The position numbers and the translations under genes are program-made. Below the pieces are notes generated by a model that searched no databases, had not been told where the DNA came from, and saw only the letters and a list, made by a program, of their open reading frames with translations. A stretch of DNA of 64,000 bases from a virus. How positions within the stretch are numbered: the stretch's first letter is position 1; each line of letters opens with the position of its first letter. Shown here one piece after another: positions 1-10,014 of the stretch. The stretch spans positions 25,474 through 89,473 of IMG/VR virus record IMGVR_UViG_3300009011_000012; one strand, 5' to 3'.

Positions 1-172
1 TATTTATATGTGAAAGCCTACGTGTAACGCGCCCCTGATTTTCGCCAGCGCCCGCTACTAAGGTGCCTTTGGCGGTTATGGCGTTTTTAATATCGGCCAG
101 TGCTTTGAGCTCGTTAGCGCTGGCGTCCTCGATTGCGCTAATGATTGCGATCCGATCTTGCTGTTTATCCAA
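1..172 (-). CDS. sit: Tape measure/Sit protein, N-terminus only (runs off the window start)
   Basis: Hand-translated: GGGGAGG RBS, then TTG at 172 giving MDKQQDRIAIISAIEDASANELKALADIK..., open to position 1. Resembles the recalled P1 Sit N-terminus and matches the pmgB-sit order. Confidence 0.7.
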   Translation of the reverse strand, partial: MDKQQDRIAIISAIEDASANELKALADIKNAITAKGTLVAGAGENQGRVTRRLSHIN

Positions 173-200
173 AACATCCTCCCCTGCGCAGCTGCGTGAG

Positions 201-345
201 CTATCTATTTTTCCCGGCCTGAGCCTTATATTTCTGTTCCAGCGCTTTGCTCATATGGATAGCTCGCCACTGAGAAAGGCGCTCAACGTCTCCCACCGGC
301 TGATATCCATAAAGAGCAAGGTTGTTAATGATGGTTAGCCATCCA
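201..345 (-). CDS. Short ORF overlapping the pmgB 3' end; probable frameshift extension or small tail-assembly chaperone
   Basis: GWLTIINNLALYGYQPVGDVERLSQWRAIHMSKALEQKYK in the +1 frame of pmgB; fills the gap before sit; no good start codon or RBS. Confidence 0.5.
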
Positions 346-1146
346 TTCAGGTCTAATTGATGGGATAAACTCTCGATTGAGAAATGGGACGTACAGCGTC
401 GTGGTAACGTCTGCACCCTCCTTTGCGTTTTTGCATTTTTGCGGAGGTAGGATTAGACGGCTTGTACCATGTTCTATCGACATGAGTAGCCCATGGCGCA
501 GGTCGCGCTGCATGAGCTGAATACGCGCTACGAGGGGTGTAAATTCGGTTTCTAAAGCCATAGCTTCGATCATTTCGAATCGTCTATTTGCTGCTTCGGT
601 AAAGTCTTCTGGGTCATCGTCGAGAGCTGTGCATAAAGCAAGTTCAGCTATGCGAAACCGGGACATTCCGGCACTGTATTCTGGGTCTTTCATATCAGGT
701 AGAGAGGCGCGCATACGTTCGAGCATATGAGCACCACGACCGGTGAGAGGTTTTAAAGTCCACTGCGTTGGCTTCCCATTCACCGGAACCTGTGTTTTTA
801 CGTAAGGCTCTACGGTTAGCAGTTCAACTGTTTCGGCCAACTGGTTTAGGTCAATATCTGCATTATGAGAGCTGTTGCAATGGCGGCACTCATAGGAATA
901 TGTCATTACCGGATCTGGGCGTGAGTTAACAAAGATCCACCATAGTGCGGTTCGACGGTCTTGAACGGTCCATTCAGCACTGTCGCTGATCGGTGGTTCT
1001 TGCATGGAGTTAAGGTACTCTGTTGTTGTAACCTCATCTTCACTTGGATTGAAATCGCTGTATTTGATTGCGTCTTTCACCGTTGGAGCATGGAATCTGA
1101 CTTCGATTTGAGGTTTGGATGGCAATGGGAAGTTTGGGATATTCAA
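325..1146 (-). CDS. pmgB: PmgB-like tail/baseplate hub assembly protein
   Basis: FPLPS N-terminus, CxxC motif, position immediately upstream of the tape measure gene as in P1. Confidence 0.65.
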   Translation of the reverse strand: MNIPNFPLPSKPQIEVRFHAPTVKDAIKYSDFNPSEDEVTTTEYLNSMQEPPISDSAEWTVQDRRTALWWIFVNSRPDPVMTYSYECRHCNSSHNADIDLNQLAETVELLTVEPYVKTQVPVNGKPTQWTLKPLTGRGAHMLERMRASLPDMKDPEYSAGMSRFRIAELALCTALDDDPEDFTEAANRRFEMIEAMALETEFTPLVARIQLMQRDLRHGLLMSIEHGTSRLILPPQKCKNAKEGADVTTTLYVPFLNREFIPSIRPEWMANHH

Positions 1147-1237
1147 TGTACTCTCCGGTCGGGTTTCTTATGACCAGGCGAGCATATTCAGTGTGTGATT
1201 TTTAACGATATCGCTCTCAAATAGATAACCTTTAAAG

Positions 1238-1487
1238 TTATCCACTGGATAGATCCAATAATAAGATCCTAAATAGATCCTAATATTACCAAACAGATCC
1301 CGCTGGGCTTGAGGCCGCGTCAGCTCTGGCTTGAAGGGCTATCACGATGTGCGCTGGAGGGAGATAAGTGTGTGCTGTAGGGATAATAATGTGCGCTGGA
1401 GGGTTGTCAATGTGTGCTGGCGGGATATAGGATGTGTGCTGACGGGAACCGGCGGTAAGTTGTCCAATGCCGATAAACTTATCCACA
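1238..1487 (+). promoter_or_regulatory. Plasmid origin oriR: DnaA boxes, AGATCC repeats, five 19-bp RepA iterons
   Basis: TTATCCACT 1238 and TTATCCACA 1479; AGATCC at 1251, 1264, 1275, 1295; iterons resembling P1 GATGTGTGCTGGAGGGAAA at 1346, 1367, 1388, 1409, 1431. Confidence 0.92.
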
Positions 1488-1506
1488 CAACCATGGTAAG
1501 CCATTG

Positions 1507-2367
1507 ATGAATCAACCATTTATCTCTGATGTTCTGTACGCAGACATTGAAAGCAAAGCTAAAGAGTTAACAGTTAATTCAAACAACACAGTACAGCCGG
1601 TAGCGTTGATGCGCTTAGGGGTCTTTGTGCCTAAGCCGACTAAAAACCAAGTTGAAAACAAAGAGATAGATGCGTCCAAGGTATTCTCTCAATTGGAGAT
1701 CGCTCAGGCCGAAGGTTACGATAATATCAAAATCACCGGCCCGCGACTCGATATGGATACTGATTTTAAGGTATGGATTGGCGTAATTTACTCTTTTAGT
1801 AAGTACGGCCTATCCTCCAACACGATACAGCTATCTTTTCAGGAGTTCGCTAAGGCGTGCGGTTTCCCTTCAAAGCGTCTGGACGGAAAGCTTCGCAACA
1901 CCATACACGATTCACTCGGTCGTTTGCGTAACAAAGGTATTTCCTTTAAACGTGGCAAAAGTGCGCGAGGCAGTTACAACACGGGCCTTCTAAAGACTGG
2001 TTATTTTGATGCTGAGCGCGACATTGTTGAGTTGGAAGCAGACTCAAAGTTGTGGGAAATTTTTCAGCTCGATTACCGTGTGCTTTTGCAACAACACGCG
2101 CTGCGAGCTCTGCCTAAAAAAGAAGCCGCCCAAGCAATTTACACATTCATCGAGAGCCTCCCGGCCCGCCCTATCCCTATTTCGTTTGAACGAATTCGCG
2201 AGCGCCTGGCTTTGATGTCAACTGTCAGCGAGCAGAATAGAACCATTAAGAAAGCTATCGAGCAACTGAAGACGATCGGCTACCTTGACTGTTCTATCGA
2301 GAAAAAAGGGCGTGAAAACTACATCATCGTGCATTCCCGCAATCCTAAGCTCAAGCCTACCGAATAG
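1507..2367 (+). CDS. repA: Plasmid replication initiator RepA (P1 type)
   Basis: MNQPFISDVLYADIESKAKELTVNSNNTVQPVALMRLGVFVP closely matches recalled P1 RepA; flanked by iterons. Confidence 0.97.
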   Translation: MNQPFISDVLYADIESKAKELTVNSNNTVQPVALMRLGVFVPKPTKNQVENKEIDASKVFSQLEIAQAEGYDNIKITGPRLDMDTDFKVWIGVIYSFSKYGLSSNTIQLSFQEFAKACGFPSKRLDGKLRNTIHDSLGRLRNKGISFKRGKSARGSYNTGLLKTGYFDAERDIVELEADSKLWEIFQLDYRVLLQQHALRALPKKEAAQAIYTFIESLPARPIPISFERIRERLALMSTVSEQNRTIKKAIEQLKTIGYLDCSIEKKGRENYIIVHSRNPKLKPTE

Positions 2368-2745
2368 TGTGTGCTGGAGGGCATTGACCTCCATTGTTCG
2401 TTTGAAAATGTGCGCTGATGGGAATACGCGCACTGACCCAACGTGATTTACCCTACAGCACACATTTTTTTCCCGGCAGCACACATATTACCTCCCATTT
2501 TTCCCTGCAGCACACATGCAATTTTGGCTTTATCCCTTCAGGGCACACGCATGGCCAATCACCCCCTCCAGCACACATATTTTCCGGGCTATTACGTCTA
2601 TCTTTTCCCCTCCAGCACACATTTTTTAATGCTCATCCACCCAGCGCACATCCATTTATCGTAAAGTGGGTGCTGGAGGGAGGATTATAGCGCTAACGTT
2701 CTAGGTAATACGGCGGTGTTCAAAAACTCCCTCCAGCACACATAT
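2366..2745. repeat. incA copy-control iteron cluster (about 10 copies, both orientations)
   Basis: Repeated TGTGTGCTGGAGGG / CCCTCCAGCACACA variants downstream of repA. Confidence 0.9.
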
Positions 2746-2859
2746 TACGTGCAATAAAATCACGTTTAGCGTTAATTTGTTGCACGTAGGCTTAATTGTT
2801 GTACACTCCAAAACTGCAAAAGCAATGTCCCCAACATTGAAAACTTCATGGAGATCAGA

Positions 2860-4065
2860 ATGAAACGAGATTACGGTGGTGTAGGCTCCATAGCACGCAG
2901 GGCTAGCCATTTGCTTGAGTCAATGAGCAGGGACATTGAAGAGCAGCGCAAAGAGTTTAATTTGACTGAATATTTCCAGACATTTACCCGGAATGCTGTC
3001 GCTAAATTACCGAAACTCAGTCGCAGGATTGTCGAACAGGCCATTAAAGAAATGGAAGATGAGGGCTACGAGTTCAACAAAAAACAGGTTGGGAATGTCG
3101 AACAGTACGCACTGACTATCCAGAACGTCATTGATATTTACGCTCACCGCAAGATTCCTAAGTATCGTGATACCCATACCTCGCCTTACGTTATCTTTGT
3201 TGTGAACCTGAAAGGCGGTGTTTCGAAGACTGTTAGCACCGTTACTCTCGCTCATGCGCTTCGAGTTCACCAGGATCTTCTTCGCCACGATTTGCGCGTT
3301 CTTGTTATTGACCTCGACCCTCAGGCATCGAGCACTATGTTCCTGGATCACACACATAGTATCGGTTCTATACTTGAGACGGCGGCTCAGGCGATGCTAA
3401 ACGACGTTGATACTGAAACGTTGCGTAAGGATGTGATCCGCCCAACCATCATCCCTGGCGTAGATGTTATTCCTGCTTCTATCGATGATGGATTTGTAGC
3501 TAGTGCATGGAAGGAGCTGGTGAACGAGAACCTTCCAGGTGTTAACCAATATGAAGTGCTTCGCAAGGTTATTATCGATCGCGTAGCTGATGATTATGAT
3601 TTCATCCTGATTGATACAGGGCCACACCTCGATCCATTTTTGCTAAACGGCCTGGCTGCGAGTGACCTGATTCTCACCCCTACCCCACCGGCGCAAGTCG
3701 ATTTCCATTCGACGTTAAAATACCTTACCCGCTTGCCTGAAATGCTGGAAACATTGGAACAAGAAGGCATTGAACCGCGATTGTCCGCCAGTATTGGCTT
3801 TATGTCGAAGATGACCGGAAAGCCAGATCACCAAGTTTCACACAGCCTTGCTCGTGAAGTATACACCAGCAATATTCTCGACTCGGCCCTGCCGCGACTA
3901 GATGGTTTTGAACGATGTGGTGAGACGTTTGACACTATTATCAGTGCGAACCCTGCATCATATCCTGGTAGTAACGACGCGCTGAAAAAGGCCCGAACAG
4001 AAGCGGAGCATTTCACTAAGGCTGTGTTTGATCGCATCGAGTTCTTGAGGAGCAAAGCGGCATGA
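2860..4065 (+). CDS. parA: Type Ia partition ATPase ParA (P7-like)
   Basis: Deviant Walker A KGGVSKT, IDLDPQAS; MKRDYGGVG N-terminus as in recalled P7 ParA. Confidence 0.96.
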   Translation: MKRDYGGVGSIARRASHLLESMSRDIEEQRKEFNLTEYFQTFTRNAVAKLPKLSRRIVEQAIKEMEDEGYEFNKKQVGNVEQYALTIQNVIDIYAHRKIPKYRDTHTSPYVIFVVNLKGGVSKTVSTVTLAHALRVHQDLLRHDLRVLVIDLDPQASSTMFLDHTHSIGSILETAAQAMLNDVDTETLRKDVIRPTIIPGVDVIPASIDDGFVASAWKELVNENLPGVNQYEVLRKVIIDRVADDYDFILIDTGPHLDPFLLNGLAASDLILTPTPPAQVDFHSTLKYLTRLPEMLETLEQEGIEPRLSASIGFMSKMTGKPDHQVSHSLAREVYTSNILDSALPRLDGFERCGETFDTIISANPASYPGSNDALKKARTEAEHFTKAVFDRIEFLRSKAA

Positions 4066-5036
4066 AAAAGAAAATAGTAGCTCGCGGGCGAAGCATTTTA
4101 GGCAGTGATAGCTCCGATTTTATCCGTAGCCTTGATAACCAAGGCGGTGAGAAGGTTTTCACGCTTAAGTCTGGAAAGCAGGCTAAGTTCACTCTAAAGA
4201 CCATTGTTAGTGATGAAATAGAGCAGAAAACTTTTGTTGATCCTGCTGTTAATGGTCGCGATCAAAGAAATGTAACTCCCGAGTCAGTGAGCGATATAAC
4301 GCGAACGATCACTCTTCAGCAATTTTTCCCGGCAATTGGTCGGGCTGTAGGTGAGCGCATTGAGGTGTTGGATGGTTCCCGTCGTCGAGCTGCTTGTATT
4401 TTTAGCGGCTCGAAGTTTGAAATCATGGTTACAGAAGATGAAATAAGTCTGGAAGATGCCCGCCAACTGGCAAAAGACATCCAGACCGCCCGTGAACATA
4501 CACTTCGTGAAATTGGGCAGAGATACCAGCTCATGCACGAGAATGGCATGACAAAGGATGAGATCGCGCGCGCTGAGGGAGTTTCCCCTGCAAGCGTTAC
4601 CCGCGCGTTCCAAGCCGCTTCGGTACCAGCTGAGATGGTTGCGCTATTCCCGGTCATCAATGAACTTGCTCTTGCTGATTACCAACTGCTGCTTAAGCTT
4701 TCAGAAGAGCTAAACAACAAAGGTGTTCCCCTGCCAGAATTACTTGCAAAAGTGCAAGAAGACATAAGTGCAGCGGAAGTGGAGAGCGTAACTAAGTCGT
4801 TAATCCTGGACTCGTTCAAACGTCACACAAAGCAGTTGAACCCGCGACCAGTGAAAACAGTCCAAACTGAAAAGCTGCGTGAGTTCGAAGATAAAAAACA
4901 GTTTGCACGTAAGAAAACTGATACGTCTAAACGCTTAGTGACCTATGAATTTGCTCGACTCCCAGCGTCAGTTCAAGCTGAGTTGGATAAAGCCATTAAG
5001 CAGGTAATGGATAACATGCAGGCACCTGCGAAGTAA
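4062..5036 (+). CDS. parB: Partition protein ParB
   Basis: DGSRRR box, HTH, overlaps the parA stop. Confidence 0.96.
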   Translation: MKKKIVARGRSILGSDSSDFIRSLDNQGGEKVFTLKSGKQAKFTLKTIVSDEIEQKTFVDPAVNGRDQRNVTPESVSDITRTITLQQFFPAIGRAVGERIEVLDGSRRRAACIFSGSKFEIMVTEDEISLEDARQLAKDIQTAREHTLREIGQRYQLMHENGMTKDEIARAEGVSPASVTRAFQAASVPAEMVALFPVINELALADYQLLLKLSEELNNKGVPLPELLAKVQEDISAAEVESVTKSLILDSFKRHTKQLNPRPVKTVQTEKLREFEDKKQFARKKTDTSKRLVTYEFARLPASVQAELDKAIKQVMDNMQAPAK

Positions 5037-5039
5037 AAA

Positions 5040-5150
5040 AAGTGGGAACTTCAGGCAGTTTTCTACCGAAAAGTTCCCACTCAATTATCAATGTTAACTA
5101 GCTAATAAATATGGATTTTATTAACTTCTTTCAATGTGAAATTCCCAAGG
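5040..5150. promoter_or_regulatory. parS centromere (P7-like TTCCCA B boxes, TTTCA/TGAAA A boxes, AT-rich centre)
   Basis: TTCCCA near 5084 and 5142 flank an AT-rich stretch and TTTCAATGTGAAAT directly after parB. Confidence 0.7.
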
Positions 5151-5167
5151 CTCACGCCCCTGAAACT

Positions 5168-5875
5168 TCAGAATTCGATAACACTTCCTGCCGCTGACTT
5201 CGCAGCTGAGCCCACTGCCCCGGCCGCTCCAGATAAGATAGCCTCAACCCCAGAACCAGCAGACGTGTATTTCTGAAAGGTGATCGGATAACTCAAAAAC
5301 TCTGTTACCTGGTCACGTGAGCGGGTGATTTCTCCAAGCTGAGTCGGAAATACGCGCATCTCTTCTTCTAGGGTTTTTCCACCTTCTTGAGATACGCGAT
5401 ACAAACGTATATTCATCAGGTATGAAGGTGGCAAGTTAATTGTGCCATCTCGGTTTGTCACTTTCCCTTTTCGCTCTTTAAACCAGCCCATTATTTTGCC
5501 ATCCTCTGTATCCCGAACGGTCATCGTGACGAGCCCAGCGGTAACATGGGTAGGTTTATTGAATTCCACACTACCTATCACCTTACTTTCTGTTTCAATA
5601 GTCCCATGCCCATAAGTTATGTCTTTAACAAACATGTCAAAGCCATTTAGCCCATCAACATCGACTGTCCACTGCCATCCTTGTGCGTAGCGAATACGCA
5701 TAGCGGTCGCGACGATATTTTTCCCGTAGGCAATATCGTCGGCATAATTCCCACGCACACCTGAACCGGAAAGAGCCTTATCAAGGATGTCGCTAATAAG
5801 GTTGCTGGTGAAAGATTTAGTATTGAAGGAAAGAGAACTTGAAAGAGTGCTCTCTAGGCCGCTAAATATCCCCAC
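5168..5875 (-). CDS. tub: Tub-like tail tube initiator/baseplate protein
   Basis: Tube-fold pattern (W-x-V-x-V, FVKDITY, Y-x-ITF); pmgC-tub-pmgB synteny. Confidence 0.65.
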   Translation of the reverse strand: MGIFSGLESTLSSSLSFNTKSFTSNLISDILDKALSGSGVRGNYADDIAYGKNIVATAMRIRYAQGWQWTVDVDGLNGFDMFVKDITYGHGTIETESKVIGSVEFNKPTHVTAGLVTMTVRDTEDGKIMGWFKERKGKVTNRDGTINLPPSYLMNIRLYRVSQEGGKTLEEEMRVFPTQLGEITRSRDQVTEFLSYPITFQKYTSAGSGVEAILSGAAGAVGSAAKSAAGSVIEF

Positions 5876-5888
5876 TGTTCCGCCCTCT

Positions 5889-6446
5889 CTATGATGCCGT
5901 GGTTGCGCCTGGAATGATGGCTCTGTTCGATGCCATTTTTTCCTCCATGTCCAAAACTCGCTGGTGGAGCGTTACTTCATCTGGAAGGTCAGAATAATCG
6001 AACTTTCCATCTATAGAAGCGCGTCTTAAGCGTGCAACATTAGGCACTTTTATTAGCGCTTCCAGGTAGTCTTCAATCATACCGATAATAGCTGGGGGTA
6101 AATGCCATCCTTCAAAACCACGATCACGCAAATTCATAAGATACTGCATTCTGAATGGCCACCGCTCTGAACCTGTAAGATCCAGTTCGATGGTATTCCC
6201 TACTTCATCAGAGTAAACGAGTAAGCCGTGTGCGTCGGTAACATGGATAAGAGCTAAATAGTCATCAGGGCGAGATATAACCGTCCCTCCAGCCTTTTCC
6301 AGCTTAACAGTGGCAATGACCCCTGCCCTATCCTGATATGCTCCCAGCGCCTTTCTGAGAAGGGAATCAAGCGTTTCCTGTTCTCGAACAAGTAAAGGGT
6401 TAAAACGGAGCTTTACGTTTTCAAGGAGCTCGGCGGGCGTTGTCAT
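5889..6446 (-). CDS. pmgC: PmgC-like head-tail adaptor
   Basis: LLRKALGAYQDRAG motif recalled from the P1 homologue; synteny. Confidence 0.6.
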   Translation of the reverse strand: MTTPAELLENVKLRFNPLLVREQETLDSLLRKALGAYQDRAGVIATVKLEKAGGTVISRPDDYLALIHVTDAHGLLVYSDEVGNTIELDLTGSERWPFRMQYLMNLRDRGFEGWHLPPAIIGMIEDYLEALIKVPNVARLRRASIDGKFDYSDLPDEVTLHQRVLDMEEKMASNRAIIPGATTAS

Positions 6447-6511
6447 GATATTCCCTGCAAAAGAAGATTAAATGCCTAATAGGCGCTGCGATTAAGCCAG
6501 CGCCGATTCTG

Positions 6512-7003
6512 TTACTCAACCCAGTTGTATACGACGCGCAGTGTCGGACGGACTACGGTCGTGACGTCTTCAGATGAGAAGTCCACTGCATCAGAATAGA
6601 TTTTGCAGTGGGAGAAGGTACGGATTAAGCCTTTGTGATCGCCGCTGTTTGACTCGGCGGCTGCTTGAACCGTGACTTCGATATACTTCTTGCCGTAAAC
6701 AAGCTCTTTGACGGCTGCTAATACAGTTCCATCGATGGTTTCTGCACAAGTAACCTGATATTCCCCTGAGTTGCGCAGCGTACCGTGCTGGTTGAATTTC
6801 ATACCACCCGGACCAAAATCTTCTACGTCTTCACGTGTCATTTCCGGAATCTGAGTGGAGCGCACAAGGATGCTCAGATTGTCGTACCCTTTAAACGTCA
6901 TCCAAAATTCTGAGCCGATCAGCTTCTCGCCAGCTGCAATATTTTTGTTGAAGCGAGATTTGAGAAAAGCGGTATCTGCTTTGGTATTCGCAAAACCAGA
7001 CAT
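6512..7003 (-). CDS. bplB: BplB-like tail tube protein
   Basis: T4 gp19-like tube pattern ending in YNW; order 22-21-pmgG-bplB as in P1. Confidence 0.7.
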   Translation of the reverse strand: MSGFANTKADTAFLKSRFNKNIAAGEKLIGSEFWMTFKGYDNLSILVRSTQIPEMTREDVEDFGPGGMKFNQHGTLRNSGEYQVTCAETIDGTVLAAVKELVYGKKYIEVTVQAAAESNSGDHKGLIRTFSHCKIYSDAVDFSSEDVTTVVRPTLRVVYNWVE

Positions 7004-7012
7004 AGAAACTCC

Positions 7013-7606
7013 TTAAATGATAAACACAGTGGAAATATTGCTGCGATTGAGTGATGTAATACCGCTGCATTGGAGAGTGACAGTGTTGTGGGAAAAATAG
7101 CCCTCTGAGGTTCGTGGAGCATCCAATTGATAAGTCACATCTTTAATAACCACTCCTGAGAGAGCTATTGTGCGACCTATATTTAATGTTACTTGCTCTG
7201 GACGTCGCCCGAGTGCGGTGTACTCATTGAGCTCTGGAGAGCACATTTTTAGTAGTGTTGTGATAGCAGCATTAACTTCTATTTGCGCGTTTTGGGTAGC
7301 CATGAGATCAACCGTTAAACTAAACTCCGGTGGCTGCTGACCTTCCCAGACGAGCATAGAGTTAAAGATCGTCTTTGCTGTAACGCCCGAAGCGGATTGA
7401 ATAACATTGGCTGTAGCGTCCAGTTTCTGACTTACAGCCCCCATAATTCCGCTCAATGACTGATTCTCGAACGGTGATTGCCACATAGCTGAAAGCGTGG
7501 CTGAGGAGCCATCACCGATATAACCTACAACCATATCCTCATCAGTACGGATGTAGATTTTCATGAGAGGGCTAATGCCATCCGGCATGATCGCGCCACA
7601 TATCAT
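7013..7606 (-). CDS. pmgG: PmgG-like tail/baseplate protein
   Basis: Synteny; W-x-SPF and tube-initiator-like beta pattern. Confidence 0.6.
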   Translation of the reverse strand: MICGAIMPDGISPLMKIYIRTDEDMVVGYIGDGSSATLSAMWQSPFENQSLSGIMGAVSQKLDATANVIQSASGVTAKTIFNSMLVWEGQQPPEFSLTVDLMATQNAQIEVNAAITTLLKMCSPELNEYTALGRRPEQVTLNIGRTIALSGVVIKDVTYQLDAPRTSEGYFSHNTVTLQCSGITSLNRSNISTVFII

Positions 7607-7652
7607 CTCCAGACCTCCGAATCAGGCCATCATTACTGATGGCCTGATATAG

Positions 7653-8363
7653 TTACATGCCGCGTTTCTTGCGCAGCTTCATGGACTTCTTGCGGTGCAA
7701 ATTCGCAACAGATGTATGAGCCTTACGGCGAGCCTTCTTCAGTGCCTGTTTCTGCAAAGAGTTAAGGCGACGAGGACGAGGGCGCTTACGAATAATTTTC
7801 ACCTTGCCGTCACGAACAACCTTTTTACGAACGGCTTCGAGCATAGCTGTATCGCCACCCGCAACTGTATACATTGCAATAGCCTCCTCCAGCATGTCTG
7901 AATCGTTCCCTGACAGAGCGTCGAAAACTCGCTCCGCTGCTGAATCATCCATATCGTCGATCATGTCGGTGACATCATCCTGGTCCGCGCCCATGGACAC
8001 TGCTGCATCAGCCAGCGAGGCTAATGCAGCGTTATAGGCATCAACTTGTTCATCGGTGAAATCAGCATCTTCATCTACACCATCAAGCCCCGCCATAATA
8101 ATGGCCAAAGCATCAAAGGCGTCGGCTTCGGGATCATCATCCTCCAACCATTGCGCGATCATCGACGCGGCGAGGCCACGCTCATCGCCTTTGGCGCGCG
8201 CGCTAACAGCTTCCAGCATTAAGGCTTCACCATCTTTAGGCTGCTCCTGCTCTCCCGGTTTACGCTCTCCTGCGCTTTCAAGCATTGCCTTATCGTCAGA
8301 ACCCGGCACGGTGGCACCAAAAAGAACACGAGCCAGGGGATTAGCGATTGTGAAATTTTTCAT
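7653..8363 (-). CDS. gp21-like protein (acidic body, very basic C-terminus; prohead core type)
   Basis: Repeated MLE(S/A) processing-like motifs; KKARRKAH...KKSMKLRKKRGM tail; synteny. Confidence 0.7.
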   Translation of the reverse strand: MKNFTIANPLARVLFGATVPGSDDKAMLESAGERKPGEQEQPKDGEALMLEAVSARAKGDERGLAASMIAQWLEDDDPEADAFDALAIIMAGLDGVDEDADFTDEQVDAYNAALASLADAAVSMGADQDDVTDMIDDMDDSAAERVFDALSGNDSDMLEEAIAMYTVAGGDTAMLEAVRKKVVRDGKVKIIRKRPRPRRLNSLQKQALKKARRKAHTSVANLHRKKSMKLRKKRGM

Positions 8364-8403
8364 GTTTTATCTCTTAACGGCCGCCCGGAGGGCGGCTCAT
8401 GGT

Positions 8404-10014
8404 TTATCGCATAAGGATTGGTTTACCGATGATGCGGCGCGCTGAACCGGTAGGGCACACTGCCCATTCGACTTGCCAGTAATCGCTCTCCAGTTGAGCC
8501 ACAGTGATTACAAATGGCTCTTCGCCCTGAGACTTATCTCGGGGCTTTACCAGTGCACCTGCTGAATAGAAGCGCTCCAGTAATTCGGTCATGCCTTTCG
8601 TGAGTGACTCTTGGGTAACACCGTCCGGCTCGTGCTTGATAGCTTCAGCGAGCTCATAGAAGTTACGGGCGATGGCATTCATCAAGGAGGAGACGTGTTG
8701 GAAGCGAAGGTAGTTCTTTTTGGTAAACGTGGTCAGCGCGTCATCAATATAAACATCACCGCTGGCCGACACTTTTACAGGATTGATTCGTGCCGTAACG
8801 AAAGCTTCCAGGTCGATAGCATCGAGGTTTGGAATCTTGGTGATGTTTTGACGATCGATAATGCCTCGGGATGTCCCCGCAGGGGAATAATGCCAGCCAC
8901 CGACATCTGGTACCATCGCAACGCCTTTCGCTTTAGCTACAAAAGCGTCACAGCTAATACCGAAGACAACCTGCATGCCAGTTGCACTGTCTTTACAGGA
9001 ATAAGGGAAGTAGTAGCGTGCGGGCTGGTGTGAACCACCAAAGCCATGACCTTTGGCTTCGGTGATCGCAGCTGCAGCTGTCTGATTGCCTGAAAGATCA
9101 TAGAAGAAGTCGACGCGAACTGCTTCTGCCAGGTCCTTCAGTGCAGCTAGTACAGTTGAGTCGTAACAACCCAGCGAGAGAATGGCAGTTACATTGATCG
9201 GGGCTTGTTCCAGAATAGCCAGTGCTTTCAGGTATTCTTCAGCAGTAACTTTCGAGAACGTGCCATCAGAACCACCCACGAACGCCACATCTGTGAACGT
9301 AATGCCTGTGAACAAATCATCTTTATCATCACTGGTGATCACGCAACCTAGGCGGGTAGACATGCTTTCCAACATGGTTTGCAACCATGCTGGTTGGCCC
9401 ATATCGTTGACGGCCTCTGGGTTGAAAGAAACCTGATGAGTTTCGAGTTGTTCCACAGAACCATCCGATTGGGTTTCTTTTAGCGTCAGGTTGAGAAGGT
9501 CGCTATCCTCATCACTATCAAGCGAAATTGTACGATTGCCTGAAGCCTCGCCGTCTTTGATGTAAATGATGGCCAGTTCGCCATCCTTAAGTGCTGGTGT
9601 TTCGTGGGGACCAAACTGAGCCCCTTTTAACACGTACTCACCCAGAACGGTGAAGGATTCGCCTTCTTCAACCTGGTTTTCTTCCCCAGAAGCCTTAGAA
9701 ATGATGATGCCCGGGACCTTCATATCTGAAGGGCAAACGCGCACTACATAACCATCGCCACCTTTAACCGCCTGCTGGACGTGACGGAATGGCTCGAATG
9801 CCGAACCCAGTCGAGGATGGATTGGTGTTCCAAGCACATCCTTATAGTTCGATGCTGTGACCTGTAGCACCTTACCCGGCGCGCCACGGCGAGAAATCAC
9901 CAGACCAGCGAAAACGGAGCTGCCGCCGCTGCCGGTGGATAGGGTCGCATCAGCGTTAACAGGCATAATGCCGACGCCAGCTGCTTGCCCTACTGAATAT
10001 CCGATCTTATTCAT
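8404..10014 (-). CDS. Contractile tail sheath protein (gp22-like)
   Basis: SPAG, INP, KHEP and P-x-GSARRI sheath motifs; start at MNKIGYSVG after an AGGGG RBS. Confidence 0.9.
   Translation of the reverse strand: MNKIGYSVGQAAGVGIMPVNADATLSTGSGGSSVFAGLVISRRGAPGKVLQVTASNYKDVLGTPIHPRLGSAFEPFRHVQQAVKGGDGYVVRVCPSDMKVPGIIISKASGEENQVEEGESFTVLGEYVLKGAQFGPHETPALKDGELAIIYIKDGEASGNRTISLDSDEDSDLLNLTLKETQSDGSVEQLETHQVSFNPEAVNDMGQPAWLQTMLESMSTRLGCVITSDDKDDLFTGITFTDVAFVGGSDGTFSKVTAEEYLKALAILEQAPINVTAILSLGCYDSTVLAALKDLAEAVRVDFFYDLSGNQTAAAAITEAKGHGFGGSHQPARYYFPYSCKDSATGMQVVFGISCDAFVAKAKGVAMVPDVGGWHYSPAGTSRGIIDRQNITKIPNLDAIDLEAFVTARINPVKVSASGDVYIDDALTTFTKKNYLRFQHVSSLMNAIARNFYELAEAIKHEPDGVTQESLTKGMTELLERFYSAGALVKPRDKSQGEEPFVITVAQLESDYWQVEWAVCPTGSARRIIGKPILMR

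Noticed and set aside
63-338. Plus-strand 91-aa ORF with a signal-like start
   Set aside because: Antisense shadow of the sit start and the upstream small ORF.
1286-2690. ORFs 1286-1519, 2418-2690 and 2443-2664 with repeated PAHI/LQHT
   Set aside because: They are translations of iteron DNA.
2366-2745. CRISPR-like spaced repeats
   Set aside because: They match the RepA iterons, are degenerate and occur in both orientations; no cas genes are present.
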